Origin: Candidatus Bathyarchaeia archaeon
GTDB taxonomy: Archaea; Thermoproteota; Bathyarchaeia; Bathyarchaeales; Bathycorpusculaceae
Direction: 5' to 3'
Length of the DNA: 64,000 bases
Assembly (NCBI GenBank): GCA_049515895.1
Contig: JBEKTQ010000001.1
Coordinates: forward strand, 96,001 to 160,000
Positions 1 to 9,847 of the stretch are shown here, in pieces. The notes under the pieces are model-generated. The model was not told the DNA's origin, ran no database searches, and saw nothing but the letters and a program-made list of their open reading frames with translations. The translations under genes and the position numbers were made by a program. Numbering within the stretch: the first letter of the stretch is position 1; every line of letters begins with the position of its first letter.

Positions 1-467
1 TAGGCAAAACAGTGACGCCTGAAGAAGTCTTCAAAGACGGGCAATACATCGATATTGCCGGAGTTACCGTCGGAAAAGGCTTCCAAGGACCAGTAAAACG
101 TTGGGGGGTAACAATCCTGCAGCATAAAGGCCGCAAAACCAAACGCGGCATCGCCACCTTGGGACCGTGGAATCCCCACCACCTTATGTATTCGATTCCA
201 AGAGCAGGACAAATGGGCTATCACCAACGCATAGAATTCAACAAACGCATACTAAAAATCGGCAAAGACGGCAAAGAAGTAACCGTCAAGGGCGGATACA
301 TTCGCTACGGCGAAGTAAAAGGACCATACATCCTGCTCGAAGGCAGCATCCCCGGGACAGAAAAACGCCAAATTCGTCTACGAGTTCCAGCGCGTCCACC
401 CCGAGAAATCTCCGAAGTACCACCACAAGTAACTTTCGTATCGCTCGAGTCACCACAAGGAAAGTAA
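1..467 (+). CDS. rpl3: 50S ribosomal protein uL3, C-terminal part (5' truncated by window edge)
   Basis: TVGKGFQGPVKRWGV and PRAGQMGYHQRIEFNKRILKIG motifs; first gene of the L3-L4-L23-L2-S19 cluster. Confidence 0.97.
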   Translation, partial: GKTVTPEEVFKDGQYIDIAGVTVGKGFQGPVKRWGVTILQHKGRKTKRGIATLGPWNPHHLMYSIPRAGQMGYHQRIEFNKRILKIGKDGKEVTVKGGYIRYGEVKGPYILLEGSIPGTEKRQIRLRVPARPPREISEVPPQVTFVSLESPQGK

Positions 468-479
468 GGTTGAAAAGTT

Positions 480-1274
480 ATGCCAAGGCAAAAAACCGCA
501 AAAATTTTTGATTTACAGGGCGAATCAACCGGTAGCATCACACTTCCAAACGTGTTCTCTACACCGCTTCGGCCTGATGTGATAAAACGTGCAGTTCTAG
601 CCATACAGTCAAGCAGGTTGCAACCGCAAGGAAGAGATCCGATGGCTGGAAAAAGGACAAGTGCAGAATCCCGTGGAACAGGCAGCGCAACCGCAAGAGT
701 TCCCCGCATAAAAGGCGGCAGTGGAAGAGCTGCGTTTGCTCCAAGTACAGTCAAAGGACGACAGCCGCATCCTCCGAGAGCTGAAAAGAAAATCCTCAAG
801 AGCATCCCGAAGAAGGAGGCTAAGTTAGCATTGTTTTCAGCGATTGCCGCAACAGCGCAAAAAGACACTGTTGCCTCGCGTGGACACAGAATTGAAGCCG
901 TTTCAGCTATACCGCTAATTGTTGACAACGCAATCGAGGGTTTAACGAAGGCTAAAGAAGTCGAGGAAGTCCTAACAAAGCTAGGCGTCCTAAGTGACAT
1001 TACCCGAGTTCGAGACAGCAGAAAAATCCGCGCAGGCAAAGGCAAGCACAGAGGCAGAAAAATGAAGCAAGCCGTGGGACCGCTAATTGTAGTGGTTGAT
1101 AACAAGGGATTAGTTAACGCAGCAAATAACGTTCCTGGTGTCCAGGTAACTACGGTTACTAATCTTAACACTGAAATGTTAGCGCCTGGAACCCATCCGG
1201 GTCGATTAACGCTTTGGACCAATGGCGCAATTGAAAGTTTAGATAAACTCTACAGTAAAGGAGAAACCGAATAA
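480..1274 (+). CDS. rpl4: 50S ribosomal protein uL4
   Basis: RPDVIKRAV, AGKRTSAESRGTG, RAGKGKHRGR, LAPGTHPGRLTLWT motifs. Confidence 0.97.
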   Translation: MPRQKTAKIFDLQGESTGSITLPNVFSTPLRPDVIKRAVLAIQSSRLQPQGRDPMAGKRTSAESRGTGSATARVPRIKGGSGRAAFAPSTVKGRQPHPPRAEKKILKSIPKKEAKLALFSAIAATAQKDTVASRGHRIEAVSAIPLIVDNAIEGLTKAKEVEEVLTKLGVLSDITRVRDSRKIRAGKGKHRGRKMKQAVGPLIVVVDNKGLVNAANNVPGVQVTTVTNLNTEMLAPGTHPGRLTLWTNGAIESLDKLYSKGETE

Positions 1275-1534
1275 TGGACATCAACGATGTTATAAGTTAC
1301 CCGTTAATGACGGAATCCGCAAGCGTAATGGTTGAGAGAGATAACAAACTAATCTTTGTCGTAAACCTTAAAGCTGGAAAAAGCGACATAAAAAAAGCCG
1401 TTGAAGAACTTTACGAAGTAAAAGTAAACAAAGTAAACTTACTTATCACCCCCCAAGGCGTGAAAAAAGCCTTCGTGAAGCTAAACCCTGAATTCAAGGC
1501 TTCAGACGTCGCAATCAAACTAGGAATATTGTAA
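1274..1534 (+). CDS. rpl23: 50S ribosomal protein uL23
   Basis: YPLMTES...IKKAVEELYEVKVNKVN...KKAFVKL; operon position. Confidence 0.97.
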   Translation: MDINDVISYPLMTESASVMVERDNKLIFVVNLKAGKSDIKKAVEELYEVKVNKVNLLITPQGVKKAFVKLNPEFKASDVAIKLGIL

Positions 1535-1554
1535 ACTAATAGGAAGCATGACTT

Positions 1555-2295
1555 ATGGGAAAACGAATTCGTGTTCAGAGACGTGGTCGCGGTGGTCGAA
1601 ACTTTAGAGCTTCTACTCACAAGCGAGTTGCTCCCGCAAAGTACCCTGCGATAACACCAAAAGAATCATTTGACGATTCATTATCTGCTACAATTCAAGC
1701 TCTTGTGCATGATCCTGGCCGTGGCGCACCACTCTCCCTCATTAAATTTGAGAATGGCTTATCCTTCTACACAATCACTCCTGAAGGCGTTTTCACGGGA
1801 CAACGAATCTTATACGGCGGAAAAGCTCCGGCCGAAATAGGCAACATTGTTTCTCTGGGAAAGATACCTGAAGGAACCATAGTTTGCGGTTTAGAACTCC
1901 GTCCAGGCGATGGAGGCAAAATGGCAAAGTCTTCAGGCGCTTACGCCACCGTTGTCGGTCACACTCCACAAGGCACAATGATACGACTACCCTCAGGAAG
2001 AACAAGATACGTTGACGATTACTGCTTAGCAACTGTAGGAGTAGTTTCTGCCTCTGGAAGAATAGAGAAACCGTTCCTAAAAGCAGGCGAAAAATTCCAT
2101 TGGATGAAAGCCAAAGGCCATAAGTACCCAAGAACTAGCGGACGCAAAATGGTTCCAGCTGTTCACCCCTATGGAAGCAGCAAACGAAGCGCTCGAAGAT
2201 GCACAACAACTTCACATGGCGCTCCCCCTGGACAAAAAGTCGGCTTGATAGCTGCAAGAGGGCCAGGACAAAAGAAGAAGCGCGCAATCCGCTAA
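1555..2295 (+). CDS. rpl2: 50S ribosomal protein uL2
   Basis: MGKRIRVQRRGRG, HDPGRGAPL, HPYG, APPGQKVGLIAAR motifs. Confidence 0.97.
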   Translation: MGKRIRVQRRGRGGRNFRASTHKRVAPAKYPAITPKESFDDSLSATIQALVHDPGRGAPLSLIKFENGLSFYTITPEGVFTGQRILYGGKAPAEIGNIVSLGKIPEGTIVCGLELRPGDGGKMAKSSGAYATVVGHTPQGTMIRLPSGRTRYVDDYCLATVGVVSASGRIEKPFLKAGEKFHWMKAKGHKYPRTSGRKMVPAVHPYGSSKRSARRCTTTSHGAPPGQKVGLIAARGPGQKKKRAIR

Positions 2296-2348
2296 AAACG
2301 GGGAGAAGGTTTATAGCGTTTAGAAAACGTTTAAGGTGAAGATGAAAA

Positions 2349-2753
2349 ATGCCGAAGGAATTTAGTTACCGCGGACATAACTTGGCGAGTTTGACAGGGA
2401 TGTCTATGGATGAATTCATCAACCTACTTCCCTCAAGACAAAGAAGAAGCCTTCAGCGCGGTTTAACCCCCGAACAACGTGTATTGCTGGAAAAGTTGCG
2501 CGAAGCTAAAGAAGCGCAAAAACAAGGCAAAGAAGTCAACCTTAAAACTCATGTTCGAGACCTTATTATTCTTCCGGAAATGGTTGGGGTTAAAATCCAG
2601 ATCCACAACGGCAAAGAATTCGTTGCGGTCGAAATGAAGCCTGAAATGATTGGGCACTACTTAGGCGAATTCGCAATAACAAACAAGCCTGTAAGGCATG
2701 GAACCCCAGGCATTGGCGCATCCCGGTCATCAATGTACGTTCCGCTCAAATAA
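2349..2753 (+). CDS. rps19: 30S ribosomal protein uS19
   Basis: [43 protein letters not shown]. Confidence 0.97.
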   Translation: MPKEFSYRGHNLASLTGMSMDEFINLLPSRQRRSLQRGLTPEQRVLLEKLREAKEAQKQGKEVNLKTHVRDLIILPEMVGVKIQIHNGKEFVAVEMKPEMIGHYLGEFAITNKPVRHGTPGIGASRSSMYVPLK

Positions 2754-2935
2754 GCCGCTCCTCTTCCCAATTTCTAATTCGCTCTTCTGATTCCACACAA
2801 GAAACTTGGCAAAATCACAGTATCTGCTGAGTGGACATTTCAATGATTTCGAAATATTTTTTGTCTCTTCCTTTCTAAAAGATTAGTAAGGGTTAAAAGG
2901 TAATTCTGACTAGTCTTATCTGAGGATTTTTAGGT

Positions 2936-4435
2936 TTGTTTCGTCAGCAGACAGGGCCGTCACATATTTTCAACAAAAGTCTTGGCAAAAACCAACAAGA
3001 TGTAGTGCTTGTTTTTCCGGGAAAATTTAAAGCGCCTGACCCTCAGGTTCCGCTTGCTCTTTTGCACATTGCCGCCTCACTGCAGCAGGAAGACTTCAAT
3101 GTGCGAATTCTTGACATGCGCCTTGAAGATTATCGTCATTTCAAAATCGGAAGGCCAGTTTTTGTCGGCATAAGCTGCATGACTGGCTTACAAATTAAGT
3201 ATGCCCTAGAATTTGCACGGTACGTAAGGACGCAAAACCCTGCTTGCCCAATTGTTTGGGGCGGAGTGCACCCGACCTTGTTGCCCGAGCAAACAGCAAG
3301 CAACAGCTACGTGGATATTGTTGTCCGCGGTGAAGGGGAACTGATAATCAGAGACTTAGCAAACGCGCTTGCGTTGAACCAGCCTCTCGATGAGGTTTTA
3401 GGTGTAACTTATCGTTCTAACGGGTTAATCAAAAGCAATCCTGACGGCAAAGTGATTGATTTAGATGCAATACCAGTCGATTTGCCCTATGACCTTTTGG
3501 AAATTGAGAAGTACCCGTCTATAAAATCAGGCAGGTTCCACGTACAAACGAGCAGGGGCTGCCCACATAGATGCGGCTTCTGCTACAACAGCTTATTTAA
3601 CAAAAACAGGTGGAGAGCGAAAAGCGCCGGGCGAGTTCTCGACGAAATAGAATACATACTGAACAAGTTTCCTCACGTCAAAATTATTGACCCTATAGAC
3701 GACAACTTTTTTGTGGATCAAGAGCGGGTTAAAGAAATTTGCCATGGCATTTTAGATCGAAAGCTTGATGTTCAATGGCGAGCTAACTGCCGATTTGACT
3801 ACCTGTCCACTTACGACAAGGATTTCCTTGGGCTTTTAGAGCAGGCAGGCTGCGTTGAGCTTGATTTTGGAGGTGAGTCTGGTTCGGAACATCTGCAAGA
3901 GCTGATCTGCAAAGATGTAACCGCAAACCAAATGCTGCAGTCAGTAGAAAACCTAAAGCTTTGGGCGCCGACTATTGAGCCTTACGTTTCGTGGATGAGC
4001 GGCTTACCCGGCGAAACGAACGAGGACTTGAACCACACCTTTGATCTAATGGACAAAATGTCTGAAGTGAACCCGAAAACTCAACATTACGGCATATTTG
4101 TCTTCACTCCTTTCCCAAGCCCGCTCACCCATACCTTACCTGCACAGTTTTCACCCCCACAATCGCTTGAAAACTGGGGCAGCGTTCAAGTTTTCCATTT
4201 TGACCCACCGTGGCACAGCAATGCACAAGTCGCAAAACTGCACACGATTTCAGCTGTAACACGCCTCGCTTTTCTCCCACAAGCAAGAATAAAAGAACGC
4301 GCCTCGGCATACAAGCTCGCTTATGCTATAATGAACAAAATTGAGAAGTACCGATGGAAACACAGGTACTTTGCATTTCCCGTGGAACTAAGAATTGTTG
4401 ACATCGTTGCAAAGAAATTTAAAGGGTTCCTGTAG
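2936..4435 (+). CDS. B12-binding domain radical SAM protein
   Basis: N-terminal cobalamin-binding region (VGISCMT, WGGVHPT, VRGEGE) plus TSRGCPHRCGFC CxxxCxxC motif. Confidence 0.9.
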   Translation: MFRQQTGPSHIFNKSLGKNQQDVVLVFPGKFKAPDPQVPLALLHIAASLQQEDFNVRILDMRLEDYRHFKIGRPVFVGISCMTGLQIKYALEFARYVRTQNPACPIVWGGVHPTLLPEQTASNSYVDIVVRGEGELIIRDLANALALNQPLDEVLGVTYRSNGLIKSNPDGKVIDLDAIPVDLPYDLLEIEKYPSIKSGRFHVQTSRGCPHRCGFCYNSLFNKNRWRAKSAGRVLDEIEYILNKFPHVKIIDPIDDNFFVDQERVKEICHGILDRKLDVQWRANCRFDYLSTYDKDFLGLLEQAGCVELDFGGESGSEHLQELICKDVTANQMLQSVENLKLWAPTIEPYVSWMSGLPGETNEDLNHTFDLMDKMSEVNPKTQHYGIFVFTPFPSPLTHTLPAQFSPPQSLENWGSVQVFHFDPPWHSNAQVAKLHTISAVTRLAFLPQARIKERASAYKLAYAIMNKIEKYRWKHRYFAFPVELRIVDIVAKKFKGFL

Positions 4436-4442
4436 GGCAGAA

Positions 4443-4871
4443 TTAAGCGCTGTAGTCTCTTCCTTCTGGCTTGGAGCTTGGCGGTTTTCCGGACTCAGCA
4501 ATCTGAGGCAGAGGAATCGGCGGCGGAATATTCAATATTCTCGATATCAGCACTGACTCGATGAAGACAACATTTGATATTGATTGGATTATTATCTGTG
4601 CTGGAGGCTTCTTCTGCTCGTAATCCTTTAGCACTTTGTCAACTTCAGCGTTCTCGCCCGCAACGTATGCATTTCCTTTTAGGCTCATCTGAGCTATGGA
4701 CGGATTGAACGCGATTGAAAGAACAAACGGAACTTCCAAAGATTCATCTTGCTTCTTTTCCATGCCAACAACATTTATGTTGGTGTTGATCTGAATGGGC
4801 GGAATAGGCTTCCTCATATCCCAAAAACGTTCAGCAGAAATGCTGGTTATCACAACGTTCACTCTAAGCAT
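4443..4871 (-). CDS. conserved archaeal hypothetical protein, possible SecB-like fold
   Basis: 142 aa, beta-rich N-half, C-terminal helix then LNIPPPIPLP; last gene of the eS6-eS27a operon. Confidence 0.65.
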   Translation of the reverse strand: MLRVNVVITSISAERFWDMRKPIPPIQINTNINVVGMEKKQDESLEVPFVLSIAFNPSIAQMSLKGNAYVAGENAEVDKVLKDYEQKKPPAQIIIQSISNVVFIESVLISRILNIPPPIPLPQIAESGKPPSSKPEGRDYSA

Positions 4872-4917
4872 TACGGGTCATCAGAACCTAATCCGTTCAA
4901 GCAGGATTTAAAACTGT

Positions 4918-5205
4918 TTATTTCTGCTTATAACGGGTAAATCCACAGTGACCACAAGTGTACCTGTCATGGTGGTCCGCCATGAAATATCCAGGTCCAC
5001 ACCGCTCGCAGGTTGGGCGTGCCCTGGAGACTTTATCGCCTTCGACCTTGTACATCGCTCGAACTCCTTTTTCCACTTTGTGCTTCTTTTCTCTTTTTCC
5101 CTTCTCAGCCTTTTTTGCTGGCGCTGGGGCTGCTGCTTCTGTCGCTGCTGTTGGTGCCGGCGCGGGAGGTTCCTCTTTCTTGGTCACTGGCGGTTTCTTG
5201 GACAT
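4918..5205 (-). CDS. rps27ae: 30S ribosomal protein eS31 (S27ae) with Ala/Pro/Lys-rich N-terminal extension
   Basis: CERCGPGYFMADHHDRYTCGHCGFT zinc finger. Confidence 0.95.
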   Translation of the reverse strand: MSKKPPVTKKEEPPAPAPTAATEAAAPAPAKKAEKGKREKKHKVEKGVRAMYKVEGDKVSRARPTCERCGPGYFMADHHDRYTCGHCGFTRYKQK

Positions 5206-5516
5206 TATGCTGTCGCCTCTTCTTTGGGTTTCTCGGGTGGACTGTTACGTTTCCTGATGTATTCAGGCTCAACCAGGTTAGCTTGCTTAACTGATTGGTA
5301 GACGTTAGCGTCTCCTTGAGTAATGTTTGTTCCAGTTTTTGTGTGCATTCTCTTGATAAAAACTACATCGTCCCCGATTTTCAGCTCAATGGCCAAGGCT
5401 TTCTTGACATCCAACCTCTGCGGTGTTTTCTCTTTTGGACCTTGAATAATGGTGAAGCCTACTTCTTTTCGCTTTAGAAGCGGGTTTTCCTTTGTTGATT
5501 CTACTTTTATCTGCAT
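5205..5516 (-). CDS. rps24e: 30S ribosomal protein eS24
   Basis: KENPLLKRKEV, TPQRLDVK, EPEYIRKRN; synteny. Confidence 0.93.
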   Translation of the reverse strand: MQIKVESTKENPLLKRKEVGFTIIQGPKEKTPQRLDVKKALAIELKIGDDVVFIKRMHTKTGTNITQGDANVYQSVKQANLVEPEYIRKRNSPPEKPKEEATA

Positions 5517-5540
5517 GAATATTCACTTAAGGCGGTTAGT

Positions 5541-6110
5541 TCAAACAGTTTTCTTCCTATTTAGCTTTTCGAAGGGTTCCATAGCTTTTAGGAATTCTTC
5601 GACCTGAGCCTTTTTCTGGGGTGTAACCTTGACGACGACAATGCCTTCGTTCGGTTGCCCGTAGACCACAACAGAGTTTTCCGGCGCATACAAGACGGCG
5701 ATTAGTGCAAGTAGGTCTTCTTCACCGTCAACGACGATGTGAGTATGCTCGTTCTTCTCAATAGCTTCCTTGATTGCTACAACTGCTTCCTTAGTTATCG
5801 TTCCCTGAGGATTAGCGACATAGACAGTTTTACTAACCTTCCGCGTCTCGGGGATTGTTTGACTCCTGAGCGATTTGTTATCGAGAATTGTTAGTTGCGG
5901 GTGAATGTTGTGCTTATGAAGGTTGAGGGAAACTATGTCTCCAACCGAAATCAGTTTCGGCGGTTTCTTTTCATCGATAAACTCTTTCATTTTGTCCATG
6001 GTTTCGTTGAATGTGCCTTGAATCAAGGTGCCGAATGGTTCTTTAAGTTTAATTCTAAGCTCGGGTGTTATCACGTACTCTACAGTCATCATTTCATCCT
6101 CGTGACGCAA
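5541..6110 (-). CDS. GTP-dependent dephospho-CoA kinase (DUF359 family)
   Basis: VGDIVS, NPQGTIT, VDGEEDLLAL, YGQPNEG motifs; conserved position after spt4. Confidence 0.9.
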   Translation of the reverse strand: MRHEDEMMTVEYVITPELRIKLKEPFGTLIQGTFNETMDKMKEFIDEKKPPKLISVGDIVSLNLHKHNIHPQLTILDNKSLRSQTIPETRKVSKTVYVANPQGTITKEAVVAIKEAIEKNEHTHIVVDGEEDLLALIAVLYAPENSVVVYGQPNEGIVVVKVTPQKKAQVEEFLKAMEPFEKLNRKKTV

Positions 6111-6156
6111 AGAATTCAGTTTTTTTGGGATGTTGCTTTGCTACCGTAAAATTTGC

Positions 6157-6348
6157 TTAGCGTACTTTTAGCGCGTATCTTCCTTTCTCTTTGATGTTCA
6201 TGGCTTTCGCAATAGCTGAGTTTTCGGGATCAAACATGACGACTAAGCCGCTATAGTCCTCGCTGAAACTTGTCGACCGACATTTTGGACAAACATTTTC
6301 TTTCGTTATAAAATGACAGTTAGTGCATGCTTTCTCACTCAATTCCAT
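6157..6348 (-). CDS. spt4: transcription elongation factor Spt4 (RpoE'')
   Basis: ACTNCHFI...CPKC, DPENSAIAKAMNI..GRYALKVR. Confidence 0.95.
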   Translation of the reverse strand: MELSEKACTNCHFITKENVCPKCRSTSFSEDYSGLVVMFDPENSAIAKAMNIKEKGRYALKVR

Positions 6349-6358
6349 TCGCTCCCAT

Positions 6359-6946
6359 TTACTCTGCTTTTTCTCTGCCTTCCGCCTGTTTCTTTTCCGA
6401 CGGAGCCGCGAGCGGTTCCTTTAACCAATCAAGTTTACCTAGAAATGGCTGTCTGGCTGTCACACCGATCTTTCCTGAACTTCCCGCACGGCCAAGAGAA
6501 ACCGCAGTTATTCTTACCCGCACTTGATCGCCTGCTGATAGTTTTCTTTTGCTTTCTTTCCCAAGCAGAACTCCTTGTTTTTCGTCATAGGAAATGTAGT
6601 CATCCATAAGTTGTGAAACGTGCAGTAACGCATCTACTGGTCCTATCCGCAGGAAAGCTCCGAAATCTGCGATTTCAACTACGTCGCCTTCTACAACTTC
6701 TTGAATGACGGGGTAGAATGTTAAGAGGGAGAAGGATACTTTATGGTAGGTTGCTCCGTCGCCTGGGATTATTTTTCCTATAGGGCTCACTTGAATGCTA
6801 GTGACTGCAATTACATATCCCAATTCCTCGTCAACGACGCCTTCGTACTTCTGCTTTACCTGTTCACGGCCCACTTTTTCCAGGGGGTTGCCGAAGGTTT
6901 CTGGAGGAATGCGGATAGTATCCTGAAGAGTTATGAGTTTAAACAT
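6359..6946 (-). CDS. rpo7: DNA-directed RNA polymerase subunit Rpo7 (E')
   Basis: DTIRIPP, GKIIPGDGATY, S1 domain FGAFLRIGPVDALLHVSQ, RQPFLGKLDW. Confidence 0.96.
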   Translation of the reverse strand: MFKLITLQDTIRIPPETFGNPLEKVGREQVKQKYEGVVDEELGYVIAVTSIQVSPIGKIIPGDGATYHKVSFSLLTFYPVIQEVVEGDVVEIADFGAFLRIGPVDALLHVSQLMDDYISYDEKQGVLLGKESKRKLSAGDQVRVRITAVSLGRAGSSGKIGVTARQPFLGKLDWLKEPLAAPSEKKQAEGREKAE

Positions 6947-6948
6947 AG

Positions 6949-7371
6949 TTATGTCAATCCGTCAATACCTAGGCGCGATTTTTGTCTCACATAAATCACT
7001 GGCACACTTATATCTTTTAGCCTCTTCCTTAGTTTTCTATCGTTGGTAAACACGGGTGAATTCCAAGCCTTAGAAACTTTAACTATGACGTCGTCAGTCG
7101 ATAATTTTTCTGAATTTTCGACAACAACATACTTACATTTCTCGGCAAGCCTCAACGCGTACATTGCTTCTCTACGCGTTTTAGGAGAATTCTTAGCCGC
7201 GAGCAATTCAAGCTCATTTTTAACGGGGGAAAGAAGGATAAAGTCAAGATTTCTGTTCAGAAGACGCTTAGTTTCTTCAAAAATGTCCATTTTCAATTCT
7301 AGCGGAACAAAAAGCGCGTTTGAATCCAAAATAATTTTTAGCGGTTCTTTTGAGTTAAGCGAATTCGACAT
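6949..7371 (-). CDS. PIN-domain protein (Utp24/Fcf1-like rRNA processing nuclease)
   Basis: IILDSNAL, PVKNELE, TDDVIV, VFTNDRKLRKRL; start placed at the ATG of MSNSLN rather than the longer ORF start. Confidence 0.88.
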   Translation of the reverse strand: MSNSLNSKEPLKIILDSNALFVPLELKMDIFEETKRLLNRNLDFILLSPVKNELELLAAKNSPKTRREAMYALRLAEKCKYVVVENSEKLSTDDVIVKVSKAWNSPVFTNDRKLRKRLKDISVPVIYVRQKSRLGIDGLT

Positions 7372-7526
7372 TTGGCGCGGCTCCTGGTTTCTGAAAAGAT
7401 TGTTTGTTGTGCGCTTAAATATTTTGTTCGCCTCTTTCTTTCCGACTGATGCGTTTAGCAAAGCCTAAATTAACCATTAATTTAAATACATTGAACAAAT
7501 GAATTGAGCAACAGCTAGGTGAATGT

Positions 7527-7964
7527 ATGCTTCGTGAGAAATCCTGTGGCGCTGTAGTATTCAATAGAAAAGATGATGCCACAAAATATCTCCTTTTGAA
7601 TTATGCAGCTGGGCATTGGGATTTCGTTAAAGGCAATGTTGAGATTAACGAAAGCGAGAAACAGACGGTTGTACGCGAGTTACAAGAAGAAACAAGCATA
7701 ACTGGGGCGCAGTTCATAGATGGATTCAGGGAAGCTATCGCTTACTTTTACAGGCGGCAGGGTTTGACAATACATAAGGAGGTTGTTTTCTTCGTGATGG
7801 AAGCTTTCACTGACAAGGTAGAGTTGTCTTTTGAACATGTAGGTTACGTTTGGCTGGATTACGCCCGTGCGCTAGAGAAATTAACTTTCAAAAACTCCAA
7901 AGACGTGCTGCAAAAGGCGCATGATTTTCTGAAGAAAAAAGGAATAATACAACCCGTAGAATGA
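7527..7964 (+). CDS. NUDIX hydrolase (Ap4A hydrolase-like)
   Basis: Nudix box GNVEINESEKQTVVRELQEETSI; EKSCGAVVF and LSFEH motifs. Confidence 0.9.
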   Translation: MLREKSCGAVVFNRKDDATKYLLLNYAAGHWDFVKGNVEINESEKQTVVRELQEETSITGAQFIDGFREAIAYFYRRQGLTIHKEVVFFVMEAFTDKVELSFEHVGYVWLDYARALEKLTFKNSKDVLQKAHDFLKKKGIIQPVE

Positions 7965-7970
7965 TACACC

Positions 7971-9221
7971 CTATTTTACTATGAGACCGTGTCCAATGAG
8001 TCTCCAACGAGCCGTGATTTTTCTGCTTATGGCAACTCTTGAACCAGGCAGCGCACAGATTGGTCTAGTCAGCTTTACTTTTATGACGTTTTGTTTTATG
8101 CCGATGATTTTGCCAACGTTCACTGCAGCACCAATGTGAAGCAAAAGTGCCTCGTCAGGATTAAATTTCTCAACCTTTAGAAGCTCTTTTGTTCCCACAG
8201 CCCGCTCTAAAACGTAAGTCTCTAAAGTAAGCTCGGTTAACGTCGGCGGAAGAATTCCAACTTTTCCCGCGATGCTTCCAGTTAAGCCATCTGCTTTCGA
8301 GTATGATGGATCAAGCAATGTTCCAACGCCGACTAGTCCTCCACATGTAGCTTCCTTGACGCTTTGTTCGCCCGCGTGCAAACTGACTATTTCGCTGATA
8401 AGCGGTTCATAGATGGTTTTGCCTTCTCTTTCAACGCTGATTCCTGGGCGAATTTCTATTTCTTCTCCAACAACAAATTTTCCCTGAGCTATTGTTCCTC
8501 CAACAATGCCGCCTTCTAAAGCGTCGATGGTTGTTCCGGGCTTGTTAACGTCAAAGGAGCGAATAATGTACATGAGGGGCGGTTTGGTTTCGTCTCTTTT
8601 GGGCGTGGGAATGATTGTTTCAATAGCGTTGAGCAAGACGTCAATGTTTATGCTTCTTTGCGCGGAGATTGGGATAATCGGTGCCTTTTCAGCCACTGTG
8701 CCTTTGATAAAGTTTTTAATTTCTTTATAGCTTTCCAGCGCTCTTTTCTCGTCTACAATGTCAATTTTGTTCTGCACGACAATTAAGTTTTTAATCCCGC
8801 TAACTTCCGCAGCTGCAAGATGCTCGCGAGTTTGCGGTTGAGGACACGGTTCGTCGGCTGCGATAACGAGAATCGCGCCGTCCATTATTGCTGCGCCGCT
8901 AAGCATGGTGGCCATCAACGCTTCGTGGCCGGGGGCATCTACGAAGCTTATCGCTCGAACAAATTCTGCAGGAGAATTACATTTCTCGCAATAAGGTTTG
9001 TTGGTGTAGTTGTTCGGCGGCTCGCATTTTGGGCATTTGTAAATCGGCATGTCTGCGTAGCCCAGTTTGATAGTGATGCCTCTTTTCAGTTCTTCGCTGT
9101 GTCTAGATGCCCATGTGCCCGTTAACGCTTGCACCAAAGTTGTTTTTCCGTGATCTACGTGACCTATTGTGCCAACGTTGACTTCTGGCTGCTTAAGCAG
9201 GGCTTTTCTCGCGTCACTCAT
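7971..9221 (-). CDS. eif2g: translation initiation factor aIF2 gamma subunit
   Basis: GHVDHGKTT, RGITIKLGYA, DAPGHE, QNKID, RWRLIGHG. Confidence 0.97.
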   Translation of the reverse strand: MSDARKALLKQPEVNVGTIGHVDHGKTTLVQALTGTWASRHSEELKRGITIKLGYADMPIYKCPKCEPPNNYTNKPYCEKCNSPAEFVRAISFVDAPGHEALMATMLSGAAIMDGAILVIAADEPCPQPQTREHLAAAEVSGIKNLIVVQNKIDIVDEKRALESYKEIKNFIKGTVAEKAPIIPISAQRSINIDVLLNAIETIIPTPKRDETKPPLMYIIRSFDVNKPGTTIDALEGGIVGGTIAQGKFVVGEEIEIRPGISVEREGKTIYEPLISEIVSLHAGEQSVKEATCGGLVGVGTLLDPSYSKADGLTGSIAGKVGILPPTLTELTLETYVLERAVGTKELLKVEKFNPDEALLLHIGAAVNVGKIIGIKQNVIKVKLTRPICALPGSRVAISRKITARWRLIGHGLIVK

Positions 9222-9312
9222 ATTTTTCTCTTCTCAATAAATGTAATGAAATATGAAAGAACTATGGAAGTTTATAAGGTTTGAGCATGCATGCAGTCTG
9301 CAAAAATGTTGC

Positions 9313-9705
9313 TTATTTTGGGGGTTGCTTAGGCTTAGCTTCAGCGGCTTTTGCGACTGGTTTTTCAACGATTTTCATGTTGATTTGGACAATTTCGTCT
9401 GTTATTGTGCTGCCTCGGACTGTTTTCCGTTTTCTTTCTCCCTTTTTCTTCGGGGTGAAGCCTGCTCCGCCGCTTAGCACGACTCTTCTTCGGACGCCGC
9501 CATGAACGTTTCCTCTGATGGGAACGCCATCTTTGTCTGAGCCCCCTGTTATTTGCACTTTGTGAGCTGGCAGGTCTACTATTAAGCCGTCCAGGGTTTC
9601 TCCGACCCTTCTACCTATGAAGGGTGCTGCTCGTGCTTCTTCCAGCTCTACAACTTTTGATGTTCCTGCCTCGGGATCTGATACGATTATCTTGAATTTT
9701 GCCAT
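9313..9705 (-). CDS. rps6e: 30S ribosomal protein eS6
   Basis: FKIIVSDP, ITGGSDKDGVP, GERKRKTVRG, IVQINMKIV. Confidence 0.96.
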   Translation of the reverse strand: MAKFKIIVSDPEAGTSKVVELEEARAAPFIGRRVGETLDGLIVDLPAHKVQITGGSDKDGVPIRGNVHGGVRRRVVLSGGAGFTPKKKGERKRKTVRGSTITDEIVQINMKIVEKPVAKAAEAKPKQPPK

Positions 9706-9847
9706 TTGCTGATTTTACTCTCCAGCGGAGTATGAATTTGGGCTATCTCTCTATTAAGGATTTACGAGAAAAACATCTTTGAAGTAGCTTTTCTAACCAA
9801 CTTATCATTGTGTAGGCAAAAGCTTTAATGCAACTAGAAGTGCTTTC

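Noticed and set aside
305-1222. Long antisense ORF opposite rpl3/rpl4, and similar shadow ORFs such as 40796-41524 opposite thermosome
   Set aside because: They fully overlap well-supported conserved genes on the other strand and have no recognisable motifs
7527-7964. Inverted NUDIX gene inside the eif2g-PIN operon as a mobile insertion
   Set aside because: No terminal repeats or transposase, and composition looks like the host; a simple rearrangement is sufficient
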